Shown here piece after piece: positions 1-11,760 of a stretch of 64,000 nucleotides of DNA. The position numbers were made by a program, and so were the translations under genes. Positions within the stretch are counted from its first letter, which is position 1. Every line of letters starts with the position of its first letter. The notes beneath the pieces were generated by a model, which was not told the origin of the DNA, searched no databases, and saw nothing but the letters and a program-made list of their open reading frames with translations. Origin of the DNA: the human T2T-CHM13v2.0 reference genome, Homo sapiens; the NCBI RefSeq assembly GCF_009914755.1, contig NC_060929.1; one strand, 5' to 3'.

Positions 1-834
1 GATGAAAAAGGAATTCACTGTCATTGGGTTTCTTTTGAGGCAGTGGTTTGTCTGTACTACTTACTTTGCTTGGAGACAACCTTTAATTCTCCACAACTTT
101 AATAAATTGATATGCAGGCTGAACTCATAGATAACAGAAAGATGTCACCCTCTTCTAACTATATCTATCAGAAGATTGTTGACTTTTATTATTTTTTTGC
201 CTTTGACAGAGAGTCATGTGCTTGCTGCCTTGTCAGATGTAAGGCAAAGGTTTATGAAACAAAATACAGTTAGTGACTTAAAAATTCTACTGTCTTTTAA
301 ACTTTTCCATAACAGTAGCATCTACTTATTTTATTTACTGAATATGTGAGAAAAAACAATAACCATGTTAACGACAGAAAGCTAAAGAAGCAGCTGCCTT
401 GCAGGTAAAGTCCAATCAATACAGCTTCTAACAGGTATTTTTTCCCTCTATTTATAAGGCCCTCAGCTTTACAGATTACTTCCAGAAGGAACTAGAAAGA
501 GACCTCTTGGAGAAATTCTAAGACACTCCTGAAATGTTCTGGGAAAACTCTACTTGCTGTGGCTGGCTATGGAATAAGATAACAGCAGAGATTTCAGAGA
601 CACTCTGCACAAGTCACAGAATAAATAATCAGCACACAGAATTCTATTCACCTGCTAGTAAAGACCAAACAGAAACAATTCCAGAACCCATACCTTTATG
701 ATAAGTAGACTCAGTTAAAAAGAAAAAAAAAAGGGAAGATGATTATAAAATAAAAAGAAGAGAGATTTCTTTTGGAAAAGGGCTCTAGAAAAAATGCAAG
801 CTCCAATAAGAAATACAGATTATAAGAGCAAGCA

Positions 835-1215
835 GGGATGAACTTGAAAACATTATGGTAAATGAAGTGAAATGAGCCTGACACAAGAACAAATATTGTT
901 GGATTCCATTTATATGAGGTACCTAGAATTGGCAAATTCTTGGAGACAGAAAGTAGGATTGAGGTTACCGGGGCCATAGAGAGTGGAGAATGGGAAGTTA
1001 TTATTTAATGAGTACAGAGTTTCTGTTTCGGATGATGAAATGGTTCTGAAAATGGATAGCATAGCCTTGTAAATATACTTAATAACATTCAATTATACAC
1101 TTTCAAAAGGTTAAAAGAATAAGCTTTATGTTAAATATATTTTATACACTTTCAAAAGGTTAAAAGAATAAGCTTTATGACATGTATATTTTGCCACAGT
1201 TTTAAAAATATAATG
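835..1215 (+). mobile_element. L1MB-type LINE-1 3' end fragment
   Basis: Typical L1M 3' motifs: gatgaacttgaaaacattatg, ttccatttatatgaggtacctaga, gagacagaaagtag, gagtacagagtttctgttt. Confidence 0.8.
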
Positions 1216-1683
1216 TAAACAAATGAAAAAAAGCAAGTAAGGAGACCTTGTGATAGAAAGTCCCTCTGATACTAACATGTTATGAACTTACAGAAAAGAA
1301 AAAAAAAGTTTTCAGAAGAACTATAAAAAGAAGAAATACATTGGATCCTCATCTGCAAGAATTATACTATGTTACCCATACAGAAAAACAACAGAAAATC
1401 AAAAAATAGAACAGAAAGCCAGCTAGCACTGAGCAGTGATATTTTTGAAAAGGGAGGTGATCATAAGTAGGACCGATTCTAATAATATCCTGTCTATTTA
1501 CAATGTTTTTATAAAAGTTATTGTATTCTGTAGACCACCATCCTTACCTATGAAGAAGAAAAAAGGTAAAAAACAAGCCATTTACTGATAAAACAGTTGG
1601 CCAGAGAGGAAGACTGATTCTTTACCACAAAGTTAGAGATACTGAGTTGCAGCATAAAGGGTGAAATTGTATTTAAAGCTTCA

Positions 1684-2028
<345 letters not shown>

Positions 2029-2228
2029 TTAGAAAATCTGGCTCCGTAAGGTAATGCCCAACACTTGAGCTTCTGTGATTTTGTGATTCAGAGATCTTTG
2101 GAAACATTTTAAACGCTCAGCATCTAGCAGTAAAAAGTGGTTTGTAAGTGTACCCCTGGATTACAGAAAATGATCTATATTTGTTAATAAACAACTATTT
2201 AAAAATACTTCTACTGTATATATTAAAG

Positions 2229-2404
2229 CAGCATTTCTTCAAGATGTAGCAATAGCATCTCCAGGGAACTAGTTAGAAATGCACATTAGTAGGCCCCACC
2301 CCAGACCTGCTGAATCAGAAACTCTGAGAGTGGGGTCAGCAATCTGTGCTTTTACAAACCAACCCCCCAAGTGACTGATGCCAGCCAAAGTTTGAGAGCC
2401 ATTG
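2229..2404. mobile_element. MER5A-like hAT-Charlie MITE
   Basis: ggccccaccccagacctgctgaatcagaaactctg core and aaagtttgagagccattg end. Confidence 0.8.
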
Positions 2405-3077
2405 TTTAGGATGGAAATCAGCAGAGAGGCAGTTAGCAGGCCCAGCAGGTGGTTAACAAGACTGCACTGACCCAAGGGAGAATCATAAGCAGGACTCTTG
2501 CTGGAGGGAGCTGCTCCTGAAGAAAGGAACATTGCTGAAGCCCTCAAGGGAGGACTTTCTTCTCCTTTTCCAGGAGGATTTCTTATTTGACTAGGGAATT
2601 ACTTGTCTGTTGCTAGTGTTAGTAAGCTAGGGTTTTAGAGAAATCTGGAAAATAATTCTTCTCAGGAGACAGCATGAAGACTCCTCCTGCTTTCAGAGCA
2701 CCTGCTCCCCAGCCTCTTCCTCCACATTTCTTCATATTGGAATATATTTGCAATTTATTATGTCACTCAAATCTTTCAGAATGTATGCTCATCTCACCAT
2801 TACCAAGAAGACCTCTCAAGTTAGGCCTGCCTGATATCACTATCCAAATATTCTACAATAAAAGGATTTAGCTGGAGATTTCAGGAGCCCCATTAGATGT
2901 GTGTGTGTGTGTTCTTTTAATCTTTGGTCTTCTTTCCGTCATGGAGTATCTGGGAACAAGGTCCATATATAAATTAGCAGCAAAACCATCTGTTTATACT
3001 TAGATTAAGGTTATGAAACCCCCTTAACCTCAATATGCTGTCAAATGTGACTAATTGTTTTTTTTAAATCCGTGAAC

Positions 3078-3097
3078 ATATATATATATATATATAT
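3078..3097. repeat. (TA)n microsatellite
   Basis: About 10 TA units; a short (TG)n also lies at ~2898-2912. Confidence 0.9.
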
Positions 3098-4189
3098 TTA
3101 AATCCATGGGCATGTTTCTTTTATAACATCATCCAGGTTGATGAATATTGACGTTTCTTTGTGCCAAGTCTTATCATCTTTTTCTAACTAGACTGAGAGT
3201 CTAATTTAGTTCTACAACCTTAAGCCCATGATCTGCCCCTCAGCACTGATACCTGCCTGTTCCCTTTTCAGGTGTATAACTAGCATTCAAAAAGAACAAG
3301 ATCCAGCACTCTTTCTTTGTCCAGGCCCTGTTTCCTAAACCGTCATGTATCCTACCTTATTTCCCAACCTCTTGCACTGTGATCTTACCACTTCTCTGCA
3401 GCCTCATACCTGTTTCCAACCTGACATTGCTGCTACTTTTTCTTCTATAATTTGCACTGGTCTCTTGAATTATGTCTACTTCTTGAAGCCCCTAGTAACA
3501 ACTGCACAGGATTCAGGAAACAGCACATCAAGTTAGGATTTCCAGCAGTCTCTTCAAAGAAAGCTGGGTAAACTGAACCATATTTAGAATTACACCACTA
3601 AAAAGTGTTTAATAGAGGTTTACCAAATCGTTTTGTTTTTCCTCCAAAACCAAAAACACACACATTCACTCTGTGCCAGTGCTTGCTAATGCCTTAATGC
3701 TAAATGTAACTTACCAGCCACCTAACCAAGAATCAGTGATTATAGGATTTATGACTATTGGAAGAGATAGTACACAACTCTAATTAGACCTTTTTAAAAA
3801 AATGTCTTGGAGGAGGATTTTTGAACCAATGAAATTTAGAAGAGAGAAAACATAATTTCTAAAACTTTGATAAAGAGACATTATAAGTCATGAAAATATG
3901 CATTGACTCTTAGAGTGTTTCAAGGAAATAAGGTAGCCTAATAAAGAGGATTAGCTGGGGAGCCAAATGGAAAATTTAATATACTTTTTTCTCCCTCCTA
4001 TGTTATTTTCCCTTAATTTTCCTGGAATCTATGTTTGTGAAAGAAATAAAGGTTTGATTTGCAACAGGAATATTTTACTGTCTCCATTACCTGAGGGTAG
4101 GCACCAACACTTTAGCTCCATGTATCAGTAAAATTGCCAAAGTTTGAGTAGTTCTGTTCAATTCAATAGTAACAACAACAACAATAATG

Positions 4190-4586
4190 ACTGGATAATG
4201 CTAGGCAAACTGCAGTGACCAAAAAAAAAAAAAAAAAAAAAAAATCCCCAAGTCATAGTGGCATAACATAATCAAATTTTAATTCATGTTCATACAAAGT
4301 CCAATACAGTCTAGGAGCTCTCCTGAGAAGTTCCCATTTGATAATGACTCAGGGATGCAATTTCCTTGCATATTGTAGCTACACCATAGCCAAGGTTCCT
4401 GCTGCAGAGGTGGAAACAGATGCAGAAAATACACTGGCATTTAACTGTCCTGGCCCAGAAATGCCAATTTCTCTTCATATTTCATTGGCTAGAGCTACTC
4501 ACATGACACTAACCTAACTGCTAGGTAGTCTGGAAAGTATAGAAGAGCACCAGAATATCTGGTGAGCCCTAAGAGCCTTTCCCACA
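4190..4586 (-). mobile_element. MLT1 (MLT1J-like) ERVL-MaLR LTR
   Basis: ttcattggctagagctactcacatgacactaacctaactgc and end gagcctttcccaca; contains a long poly-A run near 4221-4244. Confidence 0.6.
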
Positions 4587-4599
4587 AGTAGTGCTGATA

Positions 4600-4950
4600 T
4601 ATTGATTAATGCTGTCTATATTCCAAGAACTGTGCTAATTAATTTATGTGCATTATCTAGGATCCTCAAAACAACCTTTCAAGATAAGTGTTAATAATTT
4701 CACTTTATAAATGAATAAACCAAGGCTCACAAAAATTAACTAATTTACATATATTCTTCTTTCTATCATGGAGTGTCTGGGAACAAGGTCCATATATAAG
4801 TTCTCTGATTCCCACAGAAACTTTTAAAGGTTTGTATTAGCTTTGGTTTACAATTGAGCCTCATAAACATAAACTAATTTTCCAAAAGTCAAAGGGCAAA
4901 AGTAGGATTTGAACCCTGGAAAGACTCTATCTTTTTACTTCTCCACATGC
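4600..4950 (-). mobile_element. MIR interrupted by ~125-bp insertion
   Basis: aaaccaaggctcacaaaaattaactaattt ... ggatttgaaccctgg core split at 4747-4871. Confidence 0.7.
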
Positions 4951-5129
4951 TGTGTACAAAGTGTACTGCTAGGCTCTGGGGATACCACAAACAAAAGGAA
5001 ACGTGGCGAGGGGAAAGAGAGAGGCCTTATTTCTACAAAATGACATCAGATACTGCCACATCAGCACCATGCACTGGTGCCCCAAGGGAATGTTCACACC
5101 TGGACCAGGGATATAAAGAACATTATTTC

Positions 5130-5598
5130 CAAAGTCAAAAAGACCAGGCACTTGGTCAGAGTTAGGTTTTCCTTAAAGTGAATAGAGTTTTAGGTTCAGA
5201 ATCCACAGACAAAAATCCATAATTTTACACAATCAATCATGGGTTGTAGAAATAAAATAAATCTTTTGTAAACAACTAAGAACAAATTTGTATCAATCAT
5301 GCTAGAGAAAAGTTTATTCTGTTCTCTTTATAGAAAATGATATAAAATTTAAAAATTGTTGACATGTAAAGAGGTAATCAAAGAGCTTACATCCCAAAAT
5401 ACTGGGAAAAGGACAGTTTAATTTCAGGAAGTTAATTTAATTTGTGGTATTTGTCAGCTCTTTTAAACTTGTGTGTGTGATTTCTTTTTCTACGTATATA
5501 TCACTATCGTAACTACTTTGTGTTATTTTTCTTAGAGAGTCCTCTCCTACCCCCAATTATGTAAGGTTCAGGCCCCCCTAAACCAGGATTCACCCTTG
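5130..5598. mobile_element. hAT-Tip100-like DNA transposon remnant (MER115/Zaphod-like)
   Basis: Terminus ttcaggccccctaaaccaggattcacccttg resembles recalled hAT ends; family uncertain. Confidence 0.35.
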
Positions 5599-5650
5599 CA
5601 CTACCACATATTGGCAGGTAAAATGCTCATCTCACTGACCTAGTAGAATT

Positions 5651-5715
5651 TTATTTTTATTTTTATTTTATTTTAAGTTTTGGGGTACGTGTGCTGGATA
5701 TGCAGGCTTGTTACA
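5651..5715 (-). mobile_element. Extremely 5'-truncated L1PA (older PA) 3' tip
   Basis: (TTTTTA)n tail then aagttttggggtacgtgtgctggatatgcaggcttgttacata; TSD tagaatt at 5644-5650 and 5716-5722. Confidence 0.8.
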
Positions 5716-8700
5716 TAGAATTGGTGTAAAATTTGAAAACCATGAAAAAATAAAACAATAAAGGATCTAGATGCTAATAATGTGGTTAGTTAACATGTTG
5801 ACCATTTCAAAGCAAAATAAGTCTTTGATGTTTTATACTATTCATGGCAAGATATAAGTATTTAATCTGCAAAGACGTGGATTTGAAAATTCAGCTGCCA
5901 AATGTAAAGAACAGATTCCTAGATTATTATTAATAATATCTCTATAAATATTATATTTATCAATAATGGGTACTATTCAACTTTAAAGGACACCTATGGC
6001 TCAGTTAGGCCAGGGAATAAAGATACTTGGATAAAAGTAGTGTTTATAAAATGAAGAAAGGGGCCCTTCTGATTCACTGTACATAAAATGAAACACTCTA
6101 AAGTCTCTAGGGAGAATTAGAGTTTCTGTCTGGCACAAAATGAAGTCGCCCTCTTGTTAGTAGATATAGGATACATTTAATCACCAAGATATAAAAGGAA
6201 ATTTGATAGTGCCCAGAAAAAAAAATGCAATGCTAATGACTTGAAATTTAATAAATAATGTTAATGCTTATGCTCAATAAATGCCTGATGGACTTTTCTT
6301 TTAAAAAATTTGCTACTATAGTCAACATTTTCAAAAATTCTACTTGGAAAACAGAAATAGCATTTCTCATACTGAATGTCTTTAATAGCATGAAGAGGAA
6401 AATGAGACTAAAATAAGACATTGTCTTTATCAGTTTTTATCAGACTACCTAAAACATGTTACAGAGTTCAACTCGGTAGCCCTTACATTCCAGATAATTT
6501 TGAAATATACTACTGTTCTTTAACTGGGTAGCTTGTGGCCCAGAGAGATGAATCGATTTGTTGAAGGTAAGTAGTAAATACACTATAAGAATAAAGGTGG
6601 GGAGGAGGGGAGGAGAAGCTAGAATCTTGAGCACAAACTCTGAGCACAAACTTAAGAAATTCCAGTAAGTTTCTTAAAATAAATTATTCTATTTCTTCTC
6701 AGGAAGACACTAAGACCCTGTTTTCAATAAACTATGATAGCTCCAGAAATAATTTAGTGGTCAATCTGAGAGTCATTTAGATCGATCTAATTATATTCCA
6801 ATGGCTCTAAATATACTGGGAACTATGGATAATTTTGAAGAATTTAATTCACAGAGAAAGTATAGAAACACAAATCAATAGAGAATGTGTTATGGTAGAA
6901 AATCCTTCTCATATAAAAATAGTTCTGTTCACACTTTGTACCTCCTCTAAATTCTACTTCACTCAAATTCTGGGAAACCAAAAAAAAAAAAAAAAAAAAA
7001 AATCTAAAACTAGATGGATAAAATCCCAGGATCTTTTTTTTTAAAAAAAAAAAATCTGGAAAGGATTTTAAAGATCATCTCTTTAGCCTTCAACTCTCTT
7101 GTTCTAGAGACCCTGAATGTTTAAATGACTTGTCTGAAATAGTCATTTAGATAGAGGCAGAACTAGGACCAGAAACCAAATCTCTCCACTCCTACTACCA
7201 CAAGACTGTCAAAAATCACACTGCCTCTTCCCAAACCTTTCCCACTCCCAAAAAAAGATTTTTTTTTAAAAAAGTCTTACAGTGGATAATCACATTAAAA
7301 AAGAATCTGAGGGTATATGAGTAGAATTCCTAAGAGTTTAGATTTTTAAGAAAATTTTTATTAAGATAAAACTAATATTCCCAAGAGACAGACATTGGGA
7401 ACACTATTTGGCTTTAAGGTTAGGAGTGGTGATAGCAAAGGAGCAAAACAGAAAGGTAAAGGCAGGGAGAAACTGTGCAGAACTATACACTCAGTAACCC
7501 TATTGTGAGCCATATGCTGGATGCTGAGGAAAAGGAAATGAAAAGCTTTGAAATGCAGCTGTCCTACTTCCTGCTATTTCCATTTGAACCGAACTATTTT
7601 TCCACCAGGATCCAACACGTGTGCAGTGACACATGGAAACAGGGTGAGCTTATGAACACAGGGGAATAGTGTCCAGCATTCCCAGCACAGCACTCTGGAA
7701 GCACACAGCCACTCCCAACCTCCACCCCAATGGATGGTAAATGTGGAAGAAGACCTATTGATGGAAAAACCCACTTTGGAGCAGAAAAGGAAAGCCAAAA
7801 AATAGCTCAGGCACCTGGCTGCCATTTATGAATAATGCCAGCAGACAAAAAACATTAGATCTAAAACATCTTAGTTCGAAAAGATCTTTATTCATTCAAA
7901 TCATGGCAAGAAACTCCTTCAGGAACACAGGAGATAGTGGTACCAAAAACAGATAACCACGCAAACTATGCAAACTTGGAAAAGTGCATTGCTTTGTCAA
8001 AGTTCATTAAGTAGGTCTTAATATTTTAGCAAAAGAAAATCTTCCATCTGAACACAGGGCATGACAAAGCTCATTTCACACAATGGAAGGAAGGCTTTTT
8101 TTCTTGTTTCATGTTTGTATGTTTCTGACACTGCAGTATTAACATTTTAAATTGAATCTTTAAATGATTTTTCTGATGTCAACAACATTATTGGGAAGGC
8201 CAAGCTCGGTAGATGACCTTAACTGAGGTGGTTACAGCATTGTTCCCGGTAATTCGGCTTTGTGATATATCCTTCTTCTCCTAGGTATTAAGGTCTGGTT
8301 TGAATTAAAGTCCGCAGCATACTCACAGCTGTGGGGAGTAACTGAAAGGACTTGTTTTCATCTGATGGCCAAAAGACTTTCTTGTAACATACAGTTTGTA
8401 CATTTAATTACTTACTTGTTGGGCATTTATTGACCCTCTACACACCTGATGCCAAGCACTGTGCTAGGTATAGATATAAATCCTGACCTAGTTTCAAGCC
8501 CTATTTTTGCTGAGTAATTACATTTCAGTGGAGCATGATATTTAACCCCCCTGAGCTCTTAGGTTTATTGTAAAAACTGAATGAGATAATATATGTAAAA
8601 TACTCAATACATTATGGTTTTAAGATGACAGTTCCTGCCTTTGAATAGCTCGATTTGAAAATGACATGTACATGAATAACCAAAATGTAATATGCTATTT

Positions 8701-9344
8701 GCTACAGCAGAAGGTGTACTCTATAAGACAGTACAGAGAAAGGAGTGGCTAATTTTGTCTGGAGTGGGGCTGGGAGAAGGTCATCAATGAAGTGTCAGAA
8801 AGAAGGTAACCTTGACAGATGAGTAAAGAGGGGAAGAGAGAGACATTTAGAAAAGTTAAGATTAAATCTCCCAGGTCTCCTGGTAGCAGCAGAAAAGTTC
8901 ACCCCCTCAGGCCACTGATGCTCCCTTTCTTGGAAGTTGAAAGTTGCGCACATTTCCAGCTTTGCCCCACACTGCCTGGCCCTAATGGCATTTCCAAAAA
9001 GCATTCTACTGAGGGGACTGATCCTTCCAAGGAAGCAGCTTAGGAAAAAGATAAGATAAAATCAGCAGATGAGTCATAGAGGAACTGAGGGAGAGGGAGG
9101 GGAGGACACCATTGGATAAATCTAGAGTTAAAAAATAAAATAGTTAAGATCACATAATACACTCAGGGTGCTGAGGACTTAGTATGTGTTCTACTAGTTT
9201 TCTAATAGAAAAAACTACTGGTTAAAAAAAAAAAACCTATTCGCCAAAATGTTAGAGTGTCTGTTTCTTCTAACATGTAAGGGAAGTATTCTACGGTGAC
9301 AGACAAAGCAATAAGAATATCACTAATGAAGCAGTGATCTAGTA

Positions 9345-9484
9345 TGGAGGTGGCAAATAGAAGAAGCCACTGCCCCCTCCCCTCCCTTTCCTCCCCCTAG
9401 GCCGGCATTATAAATTAATCATGGCACACTTTCCTTTTGAGACTGGATGCAACCTCTGATTCTTGGTCTTTATTGTCATCCCTG
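9345..9484. mobile_element. MER117-like hAT MITE
   Basis: TIR-like ends ggaggtggcaaata / ttgtcatccctg; 8-bp TSD atctagta / aactagta. Confidence 0.55.
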
Positions 9485-9651
9485 AACTAGTAGCCCTATA
9501 AATAATATGCTGAAAACACAGTGAACAACATGATATTGTGCCCACAGAAAGATCAGTATTGCAGTCTCATTGGTCTGATTAAGAGAATCATATAAACTCT
9601 CAAATTTCAACTTGATTCTAGATATTTACTGTGAAATGAGGCTGAGACACA

Positions 9652-10100
9652 GTGTTGAATATTATGGATTGGTTTACTCAACATTTATGCCAACTCTCTT
9701 CTAGCATGCAGAAGCTGGAAAGCTAAAAAACAACATCTCTTGGTCCTTTTACATTCAGGTTTTAGGTTTCAATTCAGAAAGACTTGCATGAAGAGAAAGG
9801 TAGAGTTCAACGTACATATTCCTAGAAAGGTCTGTGCTGGAGGCAGCATTGTCTCATGGTCAGCCACAGAAACCCAGGCTTCCTGATCCAGGGTCTTCCT
9901 GGCCCTGGTGGAGGAGGTGGCAGCAGCTCATCCGGATGCCCAGTTCTCTAATAAGGTTTGAGAGTCATTCCTGGAAGCTCAACCTAGACCCTGTTTCTTC
10001 AGCTCCCTCTGTCACAATGCTTTCACAAACCTCTTAATAGCCAAATATCTTTCAGCTTAAACAGGCCAGACTCTTATCTAAAACTGAACTCTGGCTATAA
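9652..10100 (+). mobile_element. LTR33-like ERVL LTR
   Basis: gcagaagctggaaagctaaaaa..., gctcaacctagaccctgtttcttcagc motifs. Confidence 0.5.
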
Positions 10101-10239
10101 CAAACATGAAAAACTACTGTAGACCATATTCACTGGAAAAAATAATTTGGCAAAAATAGTTCTAATGGCATGGATATTTTAGGTAAAGCTCATATTATTG
10201 TAGCTCCAACTGTTAACTCCCTATGAAAATAAATTCAAA

Positions 10240-10900
10240 ATCTATATTTATATCTCCAAAGTCTGACCTTATCTGCCCTCCCATATCTTAAATTGCTTCT
10301 TAAACTTCTACACTTGGGTTTTCTGCCATCACCAATAAGTCATATATCAATAATTTTTTTCAATCTTCCCTTTCATTATTCTGGTCACCTGGGCTCAAAA
10401 CTTCAGCATAATCTCACTTCTCTCTTTGTCCTTTACCAAGCCCTAACAATTCTTTTTTTGCATAATCTCTCTTTCCCATTGGCACTATCATCAATCTAGT
10501 TCAGCCTTTTCTCACCTTGTGCTTGCTCTAGTGTAATATTCTCCTGTCTGGTTTCCCCTGTTTTTAGTATCTCCTAATCGCTTTGGCCCACAAATTTTTC
10601 CTAGCTATGGCACCCAAATTAGCACTCCTAAAAATCATTCTCATTTTGACACTTCCTGCTCAAATATTTTAAGACTTCCTATACCCCAAATATAAAATTC
10701 AAACAATTTAGCTTGGCGCTCAAGGCTTCCACAGTCTGACTGCCAACTATCTATCCAAAATTACTTCCCATTACTTCCCGTCTTAAGCACTATAGCCAAC
10801 TACAGCCAAACTTGATTCTTCACATTCTCATTACTTACTGAAATACTATTCTGAAGAATCATGTTTTGTACACCATTTTTCCTTCCTTCATTGCTCCTTA
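10240..10900 (+). mobile_element. L2 fragment
   Basis: Pyrimidine-rich L2 motifs, e.g. taaaattcaaacaatttagcttggcgctcaaggcttccacagtctg. Confidence 0.6.
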
Positions 10901-11224
10901 CTCTCTTCTCTACATTTCATGTAATATGAATGGAAAATCATAAACCTCCTCCATTACAAGGCAAAAAGGGGAGTGAAGACTCCAGAGCTATCTGAATGAC
11001 AAATAGAAAAGAATTTACTAAATTAGGAAAATAACATTTTAGATTATTTTATTGTTTCAGTCAACTGACTATCAGACATATGTTTTATTTGGATTTTGGG
11101 AGAGTTGCAAGTTCTTGTTAGTCTTATGGTTCTCCAGGTGGAAAGGAGACCAACATACTATTCAAATGGACTAACATCATGAAATTATTTACACTGGATG
11201 ACAGATAATGACAGATAATACACT

Positions 11225-11760
11225 GGCTTATGTAACTGACTTTTTTGGTGCATATAATTGTGAATAAAGCCAGATAAGAACTTGGTTAACTTCAGCCAAT
11301 TGAGACATCCATGCAGATGATCAGCTGGCTGAAACTCTCTATCACTACTGTATATTTTTTTTTTCTGTGACAATTTTAGCATCTGCTTCAGGAATGCATT
11401 GTTCATTTTATCTATCTCATCAGAGAGCCTCAACTCTACTTGTAAAACAATGGACTGTTTTTCTTTTTTCTTTTCAACCTTTCTCCTGTCCTGCAGTGTG
11501 CTTGCACCAGCAGGTAGAAGGATTCTCTTCCAGGTATGCAGCATCCTGACACACATCACCTCTCCCCTCTCCCTGCTCTGCCACTGTACTTTTCCACTTG
11601 AGGGCTCTGGCACAGTAGACCAACTGATGCATCTGAATTCACGCTTGCTGATTATGGTCTTAGGCTTATTTTGTTCATCTTGTTTGCTACGTCCATATCA
11701 CCTAAGGGATGGATGTTTAAGGCTTCAGTGTTATTTTTGGCTTCCCTGCCTATTTTCACT
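11225..11760 (-). mobile_element. CR1/L3 LINE ORF2 endonuclease-region remnant
   Basis: Minus-strand translation DKMNNAFLKQMLKLSQK / TVVIESFSQLIIC / KFLSGFIHNYMHQK parallels CR1 EN motifs D.AFLKQ..KL.Q..DIVVMGDFNYPDICW..KFL.CL.DNF..QK. Confidence 0.6.

Noticed and set aside
7026-7059. T-run/A-run palindrome
   Set aside because: Low-complexity homopolymer symmetry, expected in AT-rich DNA
7475-7850. GC-richer unique stretch with short ORFs and a CACGTG
   Set aside because: No recognisable protein similarity or convincing splice-site pair; a single E-box is uninformative
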